Part shown: in pieces, positions 25,795 to 39,339 of the stretch
Layout of the letters: every line of letters starts with the position of its first letter
How positions within the stretch are numbered: position 1 is the stretch's first letter
Assembly: GCA_040285855.1 (NCBI GenBank)
Contig: JAUFOQ010000010.1
Location: 1,054,001 to 1,118,000, forward strand
DNA: 64,000 nt
Direction of reading: 5' to 3'
Source of the DNA: Eukaryota sp. GEM-RC1
Lineage: Eukaryota
The notes under the pieces: generated by a model
The model's input: the letters and a program-made list of their open reading frames with translations, nothing else
What the model was told of the DNA's origin: nothing
Database searches by the model: none
Made by a program: the position numbers and the translations under genes

Positions 25795-27085
25795 TTGATT
25801 TCCTTTTGGTTCTCAATTCAGGTCTCAAAGGTGCAAATGTATCCATTTCTTACCAAATCTATTTATAGTACTCATGATCCAGGCGTTGACTTTGATTGAA
25901 CAACTCTTTCCTGATACTTTCTTCACTTCGTATGCTACCACACAGAGCTCAACTTTCTATCTTGATGACGTGTTGATCAAATCAAAAACACTTGTTGACA
26001 CTTCAGTCAGAACTTTATCAGTTCAAACTCCTGAATCTGGATTAAGGAATTGCTGATATTTTTATGATTTCGACGGTGTCTCGTTATGAATATATTGTAT
26101 TATACACATACATATCCATGAGGTGGCCATGACTTTCTTGTATTTTAATATTTCTTAAATGTGTAATTCTGCTCGATGGATGGAGTAATTTCACCATTCA
26201 GAACTTCACTTTTTGAAGCTTTTATTTAATTTTGAAACTTTCACCGTTGCCACCTAGTTCTGTCGTAAATAACAGTTCAAATTTCAATTATATGCACTGA
26301 AGATACATGTACAATAAGGCACGTGATTTCTGGAAAACTGCAAATTAATCAAGAAGAGACATCGAAAAACCAGTAATTAGTTAACAAATATTAAATTACT
26401 AGAAGAATTAATAGAAGAAGAAGGGTGCTGCTTCAGCAGACAATGCACTGTCATTATTCAAATTTGTATTACAATTGGAAAGCGTTGTGGAATCACAAGA
26501 CAGTAATTCAAAGGATGAAGTTGTAGCTTTTCAAGTGAGTTGGAATGGGCGACAAAATGATGTTTAGCTTATTTGGCTTTTTCAGTAGTTCTACGCACTG
26601 CACCAAACATTCCATATCTCCACTAAAAAATTGCATTTTCCACAAAGCTAGAGAAGTCTCATCTTGATGCTTCTCCAGAAAAAGTAGATCGATAAGTCGC
26701 AACACCCTAGTTGATTTAGTGCAACTGTTAAATGCAAACCCCTGAATCCATCGGTTATCATTACCCAAATTCCTTAGATTTTGCAATAATGAGTCGTTTG
26801 GTTTCTTTTCCTCCTTACGATCAGAGAACTTCTTTAAAAGAGTGATTGAGAACCTTCAAGAATGACCTTAGGATAAGATGATGTATAGCCCTTTGTAGTA
26901 AATGATAGAAAGGGTTTGGTTTGAGAATTTTACCCGATTGACTTGACAGTGTCACATTCATCAGTAGTAAGCTTACGCTTCTCAGTTTAACATGATTTTT
27001 GGAGATAACAATATTAATTGGTCTAAGTAATCTTTCATAAGACTCGATTATTAGAAATGTGGAGTTTCAACTCTAACGACAACTC
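25795..27085 (+). repeat. segmental duplication copy A (copy B ~30090-31975)
   Basis: 25795-26200 aligns with 30095-30478, and 26870-27085 aligns with 31770-31975, in the same orientation and order. Confidence 0.8.
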
Positions 27086-27149
27086 ATCATTCTTTAAAGA
27101 TTTAGATGGAGCTTTGAAAATGTGCTTACAAAAACGATATAGAAAATTT

Positions 27150-29329
27150 TAGTGTTAGGAGAAACGTTTCCACGTTTCAGCTTTTCCGAAACGTTTCCAA
27201 TAAACATTTTAATATTGAAACGTTATTGAAACGTTAAGTACGTTTCGGAAACGTAAAATGAGAGATTAGTTGAAACTTATATTTATACCATAGAAACTCA
27301 CCAACAACTACAGATTATGATACAGAGTGAGTGAGCACTCAAGATAATGCCTTAAAACTCATTTTCCAAGCCATCAAGAAGGACATCCACATTTTCTTCT
27401 TCCAAATCATCCACATCTTCTTCGTCATCTCCTACTTCTATAACAACCTGAACCGATGAATCCTGAAGTTCATCTGTCTCCAACATATGATCCACAAATG
27501 CAGCAATTTCCTCCTCCTCTGATTCTTTTTTTTACTAGCTCTGATGCAAGATTTTGCCATTCAGGATTGTCAGCAACATATTCCTTAATCTCTCGTTTGC
27601 TCTTGTTAAACAGTTGAAGATTCATGTAAACAAAGACTAGATCCCTTGCTCTTGCTGGAGTTAGTCTGTTTCGACGATTACTGTGAATGAAAGTGTAGAT
27701 ACTCCAGCAACGTTCGCTCGCTGATGCAGTCAACACAATCCACAGTATTTTTGTGGCAATTTTTTGTAAATGTGGTGTATCATCTCCAAACAGTGACCAC
27801 CAATCGAGACTTTCCATCACATGAGCAGAATCTACAGCCAAGTTGTCAGAATTCACACTCAACAGTTTTCTGTGATGCTTCATCTGCTTGGCGGCTGGCA
27901 GCTGTTCCTGCTTTGGTAAAAAGGTTTTGATTGATTGTACTAAAGCACTTCTCCCTTCAAAAAAGTCTCTTTCTGATAAGTGTTCTTGGTTATTTTTCGG
28001 ATCTAGGAGAAATGCTGTAAAGTGTAAGTGATTTCGAAACATAATCCATCTTCTGAGAAATGTTTCAGCCATTTCAAAGCTAATTAAATACAGTGCTGAT
28101 CGAGGGTCTATGTTCTGCAAATGACTGTAAATGTCACGACATTTGACATACAACTGTCCCGCAGGAGGTTTGTCACCGTTTACAAAATTTAGCAAGTCCA
28201 TTAACGGCTCAGTCGCTTCTAAAAGGTCAGATACTTGATTCCAAAAAATTTCATTATCCACAATTATTTGCATTGATGCTACATCATTACGCTTCGTCTT
28301 CGTCTGTCTTCTTTCCCATAATTTGAATTCTTCACAGTCAAAAAGCGCCTTGATTGGAACAATAAGAGTATTCATCCTTTTCACAAGAATGTAATTTGTC
28401 GCAAATCTTGTAGCAGCGGGAGTCAAAAATGTCTTATTTGGAGAAATTTTTTTTGAAAATAGCATATACTGATGACTGGTTTTTAATGAACTGTACCAGC
28501 TTTCTAGAATCAGAAATGATTGTCTTAATGGGCTCCCTCTTCTGTAGATCCTCCAGAAGTAGATCTACACAGTGCGAATGGCAGCGAGTCCATACAATTC
28601 GTCGAAATTTCTTTTCAATTAGTCTACCAGCACTGACCATTGGCACAGCATTGTCAGTTACAACATTAGTGATGTAAGCTGGGTTTATTCTGTCAATAAC
28701 TTTTTGAATTTCTAGAAAAATAGTCTTTCCGTCTTTAGATTTACCGAAAGTATTAATACAATCGTAAAACATTGCTCCATCAGGTGTCACAATTATAAAA
28801 TTCACAAGTGGTCGACCACAAGGATCAGTCCACCCATCTAACACAAGGGAGCAACCGGTTTCATAAATATTTGCTAAAAAAGAAGAACGACGCTGCTGAA
28901 GCGAGAAACACATTGCTTCCAATAACGTTGTTCGTAATTCGTCATACGATGGAGGCACGTATGAAAGTCGATAATTGATTAGAGCTTGTACCATATCGTG
29001 ATACTCGGCAGAGCGGGCAACATTAAATGGAATTCCATGTCTGTAAAAGAACGCAGAAATCGTGGTATCAAGATCATTCTTGCCTTTGATGTCAAACAAT
29101 TGGTCTAGAGGGCCTGTCTTTTTTTTGGGGAGGGTAGGTTGTGGGAAAAGTAGATTTTGCAAGAGATTGTCGCTTTCTTGGGAGTGGAGGCAGATCAGTG
29201 GGCGGATTGGAACATGCTTTAATGCCAGCAAGTCCATATAGATGTTGTTTCATTCGCTGCGAACTTCCAACGAAGGGACCGTGTCCACATTTTAAACAAG
29301 TAACTTTAGAGTCTTTTTTTCGTCCACTG
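27150..29329 (-). mobile_element. hAT transposon with near-complete transposase (BED finger, DUF659-like, dimerisation domain), 5'-interrupted
   Basis: ORFs 29092-29394, 28434-29237 and 27470-28465 join at homopolymer indels. Motifs: VTCLKC..RMKQHL, LDGWTD, VVTDNA, CHSHCVDL, TRFAT, WWSLFG..ASASERCWS. Terminus TAGTGTTAGG at 27150 with AAACGTTT subterminal repeats. Confidence 0.9.
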
Positions 29330-30070
29330 CAGGGACTGTCAAAAATATATTGCACTTTTGCAATAATTGCAATACTGTGTATTGTGTATTGCAATACTGT
29401 ATTGCAGCCTCATTTTGTATTGCAATATATTGCAATAATTTCAATTTTGAACAATATTTTTAAACCCATTTTTTCTCTGATGATTTATTGGATCGGGTGA
29501 TGAAACTTCTCAGAGAACCGACACGAATTACCAATCTCCGAAATTACACAAAGCTAGCTCCAAAGCAACGTAATGTTACTAGATGGGATTCAACTCATGA
29601 CATGTTAAAAACTTTTTTTTAATAAAAAGATTATTAGAACTTAAATTGCCCATCGACCACATGCTCAATGAGGTTGAAGACGATGAACTGATTGATTTAC
29701 TTCCAAGTTTCGCTGAAGAAACGAGGATTACTCTATTAATGCATCATATGAAGGAATTACAATTTGTCAGTCTTCAACTGCAAAAGGAGAATTCTAATTC
29801 ATTGGATGCTGAGCATTTGTTTAAATCAACAATGCTCGTATTTTGCCAATATAATGCAAATCAAGAGATGAAAAAACAGCTTGTGTATCCCGCAGTAGAT
29901 GCTCCACGATGTCCACCCAACCAATTCATCTTCAAATCAGCAGTGCTGAAAATCTTGAAGAATGAAGGGTTGAGTCTTACAGATGAGGAAGAAGTTATGG
30001 TTAAGTGTTTTAAAGAACATGAAATTGAAATAGTTGCTGGTCAATCTCGATTGTCGTCATCTTTAGATGG
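29330..30070 (+). mobile_element. second hAT element end plus transposase fragment, inserted into the preceding hAT
   Basis: Starts CAGGGACTGTCAAAA with TATTGCAATA repeats; encodes LRNYTKLAPKQRNVTRWDST..LQFVSLQLQKE..FKSAVLKIL..LTDEE. Confidence 0.7.
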
Positions 30071-30479
30071 TAAAGTAATAATAAATAATGTGAGTGATTT
30101 CCTTTTGGTTCTCAATTCAGGACTCAAAGGTTCAAAGGTATCCATTTCTTACCAAGTCTGTTTATAGTACTCGTGATACAGGCGTGATTGAACAACTCAT
30201 TCATGATACTTTCTTCACTTCTTATGCTACCACACAGAGTTCAACTTTCTATCTTGATGACGTGTTGATCAAATCAAAAACACGTGTTACTGTACCTTCA
30301 GTCAGAACTTGATCAGTTCAAACTCCTGATTCTATGGACACGTGATCTACAGTGCTCGTGAATATATTGTTATCTAAATCTTTCCGACAGTTCTAGTCAA
30401 GAGGTCAAGACTTCATTCTTTGAAATTTGTTAATTTTGTAGTTCTGTTTGATGTATGAAGTAATTTCTGGCCATTCAGT

Positions 30480-31740
30480 GCATTTGTGAGCAAACTGATC
30501 TTTCGTCACAAATCTTCCCACTCACAAATTTCTCTATGGGATATACCTTTCAACTACTACTTGACCCAAATATTGACCTTCGTAACCTCAAGTTAGTCAG
30601 TAGTCAGAAGATACTAAAGTTCGAGCCATCTAGACCTACTTATGGCTTGAGAAAACCCACGGTGAAGTAGGGCAGTTCTTTTTAATAGATCAGTCCACTC
30701 TCTCACGGTGGCTGATGAAAGCTTTTGCACCATTAGATGAATCTGATGTACATGAAATATATATACTATCAGCAGATGACATTGTGTTCACAAAGACTGT
30801 ACTAAAGGATAATGCGGTGCTGTATCTAAAAATAGAAATAGTCTTACTGTTGAGAGAACATAGAGGTGTGGAAGTATCTGTTTCATCCGTCCATCGTACT
30901 CTTGTACAAGAAGGTTTTACATATAAAAAGTGTCAAGCTGTTGTTCGTAGAGCAAAGCGTGAGCTGAATGAGCGGTTTGACAGGACCATTCTGTACTATG
31001 TAGGACCAGTAGTACAAGAACACTTTCTATTCATTGATGACTTTCCAACAAGACGACTTCATAAGAACCAACGATTGGTCTCCCCAAGGTATACCCATTA
31101 CAGTTGAGTCAATCCCGATGAATTACTCATTGCGCTATGGATGTTAATGGTTATGTTCATTCTCACATTCAGGAAGGACACTTCGATAGGCATCAGTTTA
31201 TTGGTTTTTAGGATCACTTTTTCTTGAACCCTAGTCCAGCTTTCCCATACAGAGAGTGAGGCTTCAATTTCGGGATTTTGTTGTTGTAGGTCCTCAACAG
31301 TTGTGGATTTCGCCTCGTCTTGGGATAGCTCTTTGACAAATTTGGAGAATTCTTTTGCAGATATGTTGTCGGCACTTACTTTTATTCCAAAGGCGGCAGC
31401 TTTTCGGTCAGCAGACCAGGATGAAATCCATTTTTTCACTGTGTCTGACTGTACACTGTCATGATTCCAGCCTCCACCATAGGCGAAGAAGAGCTGGTAG
31501 ATGTTTTGAGGATGAGGAACAGTTCTGGTTTAGACCCATATAGGGCTCACCATGAGTGGGTTTACTGATGGACATCTGATCCTCGGAGATTTTAGCTCTG
31601 GAGTATCTTATCCATTCGAGAAAGTGGAGTGAGAGGAGCGAAGTTGTAGCTTTCCAAGGCAACAGTGGCGGGTATTCAGTTGTACACTTGAGGTGTGGTC
31701 GGATGAGTTAAAGGAAAAAGAATATGATGATTCATTGGAA
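30480..31740. mobile_element. internally deleted two-gene Tc1/IS630-type element (transposase +, accessory ORF -)
   Basis: Plus strand ~30537-31220 encodes QSTLSRWL, VSVSSVHRTL..GFTYKK, QEHFLFIDD and EGHFDR..FIGF. Minus strand ~31230-31700 encodes a homolog of ORF 46759-47658. Confidence 0.75.
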
Positions 31741-32189
31741 GATAAGAAGGGGTTACTTATAACAAAGAGTAAGAGGATGTAGAGAACTTTGTAGTAAGCG
31801 ATAGAAAAGGTTTGAGAATTTTACCTGATTGACTTGACAGTGACACATTCATCAATAGTAAGCTTAAGATTACTCAGTTTAGCATCATTTTTGGAGATAA
31901 CAGTATTAATTGGTCTAAGCAATCTTTCATAAGACTCAATTATTAGAAATGTGGAGTTTTATCTCTAACAACTCTTTGTTCTTCGACATTCGATTCATGG
32001 GCAGCCTTGTTTAATTGCTGCTACAAATATGAAGACCGTTTCTTTGTGATCTTACACACTTTTTTTATAAGACACTGTAATCCTTCCATACTTTCTCTGA
32101 CAGCTAAGTTCAAGATTTCTAGGGAAATTGTCATAGAACAGGTCATTTAAGTAAGACTCCAGTTTGTTGCTTTTTCGATCAAAAATATA

Positions 32190-33704
32190 GGGGCCGTGTA
32201 AATCCACCATGTAAATCCACCATTTGATGGAAAAGTTCAGAATAAATTGATTGGTCTTCTTCTTTCTGACCTTCTCAATATCATACGCTTTTATGGATGG
32301 TGAGACCCAACAAGACTACACTTGGGCGCTGCAACAATTCCGAGACTTATCTAACATTGTACCAGGAGTATTTGTCACTGACAGAGAACTCGCGCTTATG
32401 AATGCCCTGAATGAAGTGTATCCAGAAACCAAACATCTTTTATGCCTGTGGCATATCAAGAAGAACATTGAAGCTAAGGGCATGAAGTACATCAAAGATC
32501 CTCAGGAACTAGAAGCTTTCAATGAATTAATTTCTGCCCTTGTAGATGCTCGAACAGGGACTCATTTTGAAGCAATATGGGCAATTCTTGAACATCAGGC
32601 CCCAAATGTTGTTGTTAATTACATCAGAGACAACTAAATTAAATACATACCACGGTTTGTAAGGTTTTGTACTAGTGAGATTTGTTCTTTAGGCGAAAAG
32701 ACAACGTCTCGAATTGAATCTCAACACGCTGCTTTGAAAAGCTTATTGAAATCTTCTACTTCAGGAATGTTACAAGTTGTTGATGCTATGGACAAATTTT
32801 TGGAAAATCAGTGGTTGGACGCCGAATTGTCACTGGCTTCAGAGTACTTGAAAGTGCATCACTTTCCACCAAACTCTGTCTTTGCTGAATTACCCAGACG
32901 TATTTCAAAATGCGCCATTGAATGTTTGTTACAGTATCATGAGAAATTGTTTCAGGAAGAAGATACTGATAGACCAAACTTTATAGAAGAAAACGAAGAT
33001 AAGGTGAGAGCTAAAGGACTTCCATCTCTCAGTAAACTGCTCAACCATGATCAACTAACTAGAGAAGAATTTCATCCACAGTGGCAACTTTGCAGAACTG
33101 CAAATGACGAATATCTAGAAAGAGTTCAACATGTCCAACAGCCAAGAACGTCCATGTACGAAGTCATGGGTGATTTAATCCAACTTACTCAGGAGCAAAA
33201 GGATTATGCAGTAGGAAAGATCAGAGCAACGTTGCAAACAGCAGCAACGTTTCCTCTCCCACCACTTCCTGCAGAAACAAGAAAGAGGAAAGGCAGACCT
33301 TTAGGCAGCAGAAACAAAAGAACATCTACTCAAAGAGACCCCAGTTCTTTTGAAATTGCTACTCAACAAGCGAGCAATCGTAGAAAGTGTGGTGTGTGTG
33401 GTCGACCAGGACATAACCGAACAACATGTGAAGAGAGATAGCTTCTGTTTTATTTTGTACGTAGAGTACTTTCATTGTAATAAAGGAAGCAAAAATGTGC
33501 TGGATATAGTAGGTATAGGGAGTATCGATGGAAGAAAGATATAGGTTAGGTGAAGATGTGCAACTGGGATGCTAACTAAGGTTCGTGTCCAATATAGGCT
33601 GTGTATGAAGAGGTCAAAAGTGGACCAGAAAGAAGAAGACCAATCAATTTATTCTGAACTTTTCCATCAAATGGTGGATTTACATGGTGGATTTACACGG
33701 CCCC
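32190..33704 (+). mobile_element. MULE element with perfect 79-bp TIRs and 5'-deleted transposase
   Basis: TIRs 32190-32268 and 33626-33704 are identical; flanking direct repeat AAAATATA; FVTDRELALMNAL..HLLCLWHI, TTSRIESQH and C-terminal CGVCGRPGHNRTTC; in-frame TAA at 32635-32637. Confidence 0.95.
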
Positions 33705-33811
33705 AAAATATATGACATGTAAGAAGTAAAATCAGTAATAATTGTTTCGTACTTCTCAAATTTTTGCATCATTGGACGACGAAGCATTTCTTCTAAATAC
33801 TGACCAGTCGT

Positions 33812-34773
33812 TGATGCCGAAAGGCACTGCAAATCAAGAAGAGAAGATTTATAAAGAAGATAATTCTACAATACATCCACAACATCACTCTTTCTCCAGT
33901 TCTTTCAAGTGCGCATAGAGAGTTGGTGTATCTCAACATATTGATACGATGAGCGTTGAGCTTTGTCGGACACACAGAGGCAATATGTCCCTTTTCTCCG
34001 CATTTAAAGCACAACTTTCTTGACAAAGCCTCTCCATGGCGAACTTTCTTAAAATTTTGTGTATCTACCATTTCAGAAGAGGAGGACAGTCTACTGCGAG
34101 ACTTTCATTGGTTTACACGTTCAAAGTCAGTCAGATCTTTGATAGTAACTTCAACGAGTTCAGACAAGGAGCTGAAATAGCCATCAGCTACACGAGTTTT
34201 GAGAGATTCGGAGAGACCTTTTGGCAAAACACCCTTAACAAATCTGAACAATATGGCTTTTTCTGGGAGCTCGTATTTCTTTGCTCGACGTTTGACAGCA
34301 ACTAGTTGTTTTGTGTAATCCAACACTCGGGATCGAGGATTTGTAATAGTAGAATCCATTTTCAGCTGGAGGAAAGCTTCATAGACTTCTTCGATGGAGG
34401 CATATTCACAGGAAGATTCTAGAAACTTCCTCGGTTCTTCGTCACTCTTGGTGACATCTGGGTTGACGAAGGAGATGGACTCCAGTAAGTCCTCTTCGAC
34501 ACAATCCCGCAGAGTGAGTCTTGCACCATCAGCTCCAACTTTATCACAAGCAGAGTATTCCAGCATGAACCTGCTAATACTCTCCGCTGTTGTGACTGTC
34601 AGCCTTGGTATAGTTCTTTGGCACGTTGATTTAACGTTCATTATTCTACGGTTAGTATAGTACGAAAAACAGATTACCAGTTTGGGCCAATAATTATTGA
34701 TGCCGAAAGGCACTGAAAATCAAGAAGAGAAGATTTATAAAGAAAATAATTCTACAATACATCCACAACATCT
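33812..34773 (-). mobile_element. gag-only miniature LTR retroelement with 76-bp LTRs
   Basis: Direct repeats 33812-33887 and 34698-34773 differ at 3 positions and have TGATG...CATCA termini. The internal gag-like frame carries a CCHC knuckle (CFKCGEKGHIASVC) and one in-frame TGA. A purine tract GGAGAAAGAG abuts the 3' LTR; no pol. Confidence 0.8.
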
Positions 34774-36388
34774 TTCTGTTAAAGAACTAAGTCTTCGTCA
34801 ACTACAGGCATCAAAGCTTAACTTCACTTGAGAATATAGCTATTTTTAGAGAATCTCAATCTGTCCCTTTTGAAGATGTGGGCTTCAAGCAACGTCGGAG
34901 TGCGTTATGATGAAATTTTACTTCATGCTTATCTCACGCCACTGTACAATGTCGACAATATGATAATAAAACACTTGGTATACACACATTGTTCAACAGC
35001 GAGATACGAGCAGGATGACTTTGATAATCTCAATGTAGAAGGCCAAGCAGCATTTGTGTCAGCTCTGGTACAATACAACAGTTCCTCAGCCAACTTGATG
35101 TTCTACAGGTTTTTTATCAGAACAAAGCCTTCTCGCAGCAAGAACCACGGAAAGCAGTGTTCTGTTTGGCGCTCTTGAACAATAGCTATTATGTTAGAGA
35201 AAGCACTTAGCAATATATGAAGTCTCGGAATCCAAAAAGCGAAAGGAACAACTGTGTCTCTACATCGACGGTTTCTGGATTATGGTCATTGCCCATGAGT
35301 TATTAGATCATCATTATTGTTAAAGCACGAGAGTTATTTTATAATACATTGTTGTTCTCTTCTTGCCCCTTAATTGATGGGGTTTCTTCAACTTGGGTTC
35401 ACCAAAGATGTAACGTTACTCTTAGTAGACCACGTGCGAGTAAATTGAAAGTTGAGTGAATACTGGTTGGTTTGTCTCAAGAAAAGTAGTTAAATAGTTA
35501 TGATAATATATTTCAGATCTGAATGCAGTGTTTTGACATACTTTTCAAAAAATACAACAAATTTATCTCAATCCAGTAAATATCTGTGAGCAAAAAATGT
35601 TTATAGAAGAAAGAGACAAAAAAAATAGTAAAATAGAAGCTACGAAACACTAAACACAACGAATTCCTGGTCAAAAATGTTTAACTATTTCATAAAAGCA
35701 TTTGCATCCAATACCTAGTTGTAACAACCAATGGGATTTATAGAGAAAAAAGTAATCTAACCATAACTAACAAGTTGTAAATCATATACACTCTTTTAGA
35801 TCTGTGAAAAGGTCAGAGTGACAAAGAACTCGAACTCTTGCTGTGATTCTACCAAAGTTGTAGCTATTTGTAACAATTAAAAAAATCCAAAGAATCATTT
35901 CTGATAGAATGTTTTGCAAACTTGTAGTTTCACAGGCCACACAATTATTTTTGTCACTGAACAAGTGACTTTAAAACCGAATTGAGGAGTGTATACGTTG
36001 AAAATAACGCGTCGTTGAATATGTTGATAGCTATTGTGTTGATCTAGGAATGTTATGTCTCAGTGTTGTAGAATACCCAAAATACCAAGAAGAGCTACCA
36101 CTTTGAGATTGACGGTTAAGTAGAAATGATATGAACAATGATATTGTCTTTTGTCTGACTCTTGACTATGTTTGTGTATTGCTTTTGAGATCAATGAAAA
36201 GTCTGGATCCGAGGTACCATTTATTGAGAACGAAATTTAAGTGTCCCAGCCTGTTGTATGATTGACTTTAACAAGGTACAGTCCGTTGTACTGTACAATA
36301 GTGGAGTAAGGTTCTCAACAATATCATAGGCTGCGTTAATTGCATTGATTAGTGAAAACACACAAAATATTAATCATAATTAATCCAA

Positions 36389-37689
36389 TTAGTGACGGTC
36401 AAGTTGATTGACTCCTACTATTTTGACATTATTATTAACTATTAACAACTCTGCCAATGCTCTAGCACCTTCAGCTGCAATAGAATTGTTCCACAGATCA
36501 ACACTTGTAACTGTACTATTAACTTTTAACGCATCTGCCAAAGCTCTAGCACCTTCATTACCAATTGAGTTGCTCCTCAAATTAAGTCTTGTAATTACAG
36601 TATTAACTTTTAACGCATCTGCCAACGCTCTAGCACCTTCAGCTCCAATAGAGTTGTCACCAAAATCAATTCTTGTAACTGCAGTATTAACTTTAAACGC
36701 ATCTGCCAATGCTTTAACACCTTCATCTCCAATAGAATTGTTCCACATATCAAGACTTGTAACTGCAGTATTAACTTTTAACGCATCTGCCAAAGCTCTG
36801 GCACCTTTATCTCCAATATAGTTTTTACTCAGATCAATTTTTGTAACTGTTGTGTTGATTTTCAACACCTCTGCCAAAGTCCTAGCACCGTCATCTCCGA
36901 TAGCGTTTCTAACTAGATCAATACTTGTAACAACAGTATTGACTCTCAACACCTCTGCCAAAGCTCTAGCACCCTCATCTCCAATCGAGTTATAACGTAG
37001 ATCAATACTGGTAATTGCAGTGTTAACTTTCAAAAGTTCAATATAGGCTAAGGAAATACGACGATGAACCTTCACGTGAAGTTGCTTAAGAAGAGGGAAA
37101 AAAATTGAGAAGTTTTTGTCATTCTTTAGAAAAATCAAGTCATTGTGGTTTTCTAATCTCAACTCCAATCCTAAAATTACACGAGAAAAATTAAGAAATT
37201 GTTCAGCTTTAAAAGATCCGTCTATGTGTAAGAAAATTGACCGCACATCTGCTTCAAAGAAAGAAGCAAATGCACAGAGTTGAACAAGATCTTCAGGTGT
37301 TATATGAAACGTGTTTGTTTGGAAAAACACAGTGGTTGATTGTAGAGCAGATTCAAAGAAGTGATGGCTTACAAAGCCCACTTTCTTGAAGAATGTAGGT
37401 ATATCTTTTTCAGATTAAGAAGAGCACGACGAGGGGTAGTACGATTCCATTCGAGAGAGGACTGTAGGAGCCTAGTCAAAAAACGAAGATGCATCAAAGT
37501 AAGCAGAGACTGTTGGAAGTGCAGATGAGTAGAAGGAGAATGGGCAGGAGAGAACGAAACGGACAATGTATCAGAGCTAGGATTCGATGAAGAGAAACTA
37601 GAAGATGATCCATTGTGTTCACCAACGTCAGAAACTGAATGATACATGTAATTTTGGTGAGACGAAGTCACTCTGTTGAGATTTTTCAT
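36389..37689 (-). CDS. RI-type LRR protein with family N-terminal domain (one homopolymer frameshift ~37405)
   Basis: ORFs 37369-37689 and 36389-37381 join by one missing A (LKKDIPTFFKKVG in paralogs); 7 full 28-aa repeats. Confidence 0.8.
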
Positions 37690-37720
37690 TTCAGATAGGA
37701 TCGGATTCGGAGACTTGTGT

Positions 37721-38084
37721 CAGTGTTCGAGATGTGTCGGACACGTTCGGACACGTACCCGGTGTGGATACGTGTTTCACACGTGTCTTTTGTTTTTGGA
37801 CACGTGTGCACCTTTTGTTCTCAAAAAGTAGAGGTAGTTTATTTTGTCAATAGTCACTACATACAAGATAAGGGTCCTACATCACATCGTCCTCTGAGTC
37901 TTCAACGTCAGTTACATCGTTAATGTCATCTTCATTAGAATTTGTTGAGAGCCAGTCATCATGAAATGAGGGGAGAGTAAGAAAGCTTTGAAAGGATCAT
38001 GATGCAGTGGAATTGTTGAATTCACACCGTATCCACACGTGTCCGGTGTGGATACGTGTTTCACACGTGTGTTTTCGAACACTG
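37721..38084. mobile_element. hAT-type MITE (364 bp)
   Basis: TIR CAGTGTTCGA; degenerate 8-bp TSD ACTTGTGT/ATCTGTGT; repeated CCGGTGTGGATACGTGTTTCACACGTGT near both ends. Confidence 0.8.
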
Positions 38085-39339
38085 ATCTGTGTTACTGACA
38101 GATGATGACTATGACATCATTATTGTTTCAGATTGAATATGATTCTTCTTATAAAGAATTTTCTCTTTGTTAGTTCAAGGCATCAGCAATTATTGGCGAA
38201 CTCATTTCAGATGTTACCCGTGTCGATCAGTTTACATTCACTTTCTTGTATGAACTTATACAAGGTTTTTCTGTTCTTATAAGACTGGAAGATATACTCA
38301 ACGCCCACAGCCACGAAGGAGCTGCATCGTAACTATTGATATCCCAAAAGTAATCAATCAAGCTTTAAAGACATATATGTGAACCACAACTTTTTTTTAT
38401 CCAAATGTGATAGAGTGTGACAACATCAACATAAATGAAATCTTTATTAACATCACTTAAATCACTTACTTGTACTATTATGACCGCATGCTCATACATT
38501 AATATTTTAAAAAAGTCATTTGTTGTACTTTATTCCACTTCAACAAAAGCATCAAGTTTTTCTGGCAATTTGTCAACTACTTTACACTTTTTATTCATTT
38601 TCAAACTAAGTTTTCCATACTGTTTCATAGCGTGTAACATATCCAGATGTCTAACATAATTTTACTTTCGTTACAATTTGTAATGCTAGCATTGAGCAAA
38701 TAAAATAAACAAACGCAAATGCATTGATATCGATCCACTTGCACTCAGTACAATACAATTGACATTGTGAACTAGATTTATTTCTGGTTATAGAACATCA
38801 TACAGTATTTGAACAATTAATATGTTATTACAAAACAGTATGTTAACTAGACAGAGTTGTGTTTGTTTTGAAGTATAAAATAATAAATTAATCATACAAA
38901 CACTTTTGTACTTAGAGGAGTCAAAAACGAATTCTTTTAAGAAATGCTTCTTTTACATTCTTCCATCTAAAAGGATGTTATGATCAGGGTGGTGTTCCAC
39001 AATTGATCACGTAACAGCCTTAAGAAATTTACGTATGGAATCTTTCTGTATTCTACAAGCACTCCAGAATCTTCTAACTCTGTTGAGTCTAAAGTGTTGT
39101 ATTAACAAGGGCTGTGAGGTGTACACATGACAACACATCACGTAGATGTCTGTTTTTATTTCTATTTGGAAGAAAAATTTTGAGTTAAGTTATTTCTCTT
39201 TAAACTTAATTGTCGACTAACATTGAACGAGAACGTTCCAGAGAGGGAGCTACAGTAGCAATTATTGAGAGGTGATAGTGGGAATAGGAGCTCTTCTGTG
39301 GGAGGTGGGAGTTCCCAAAAACTCACATCTCTGACACTT

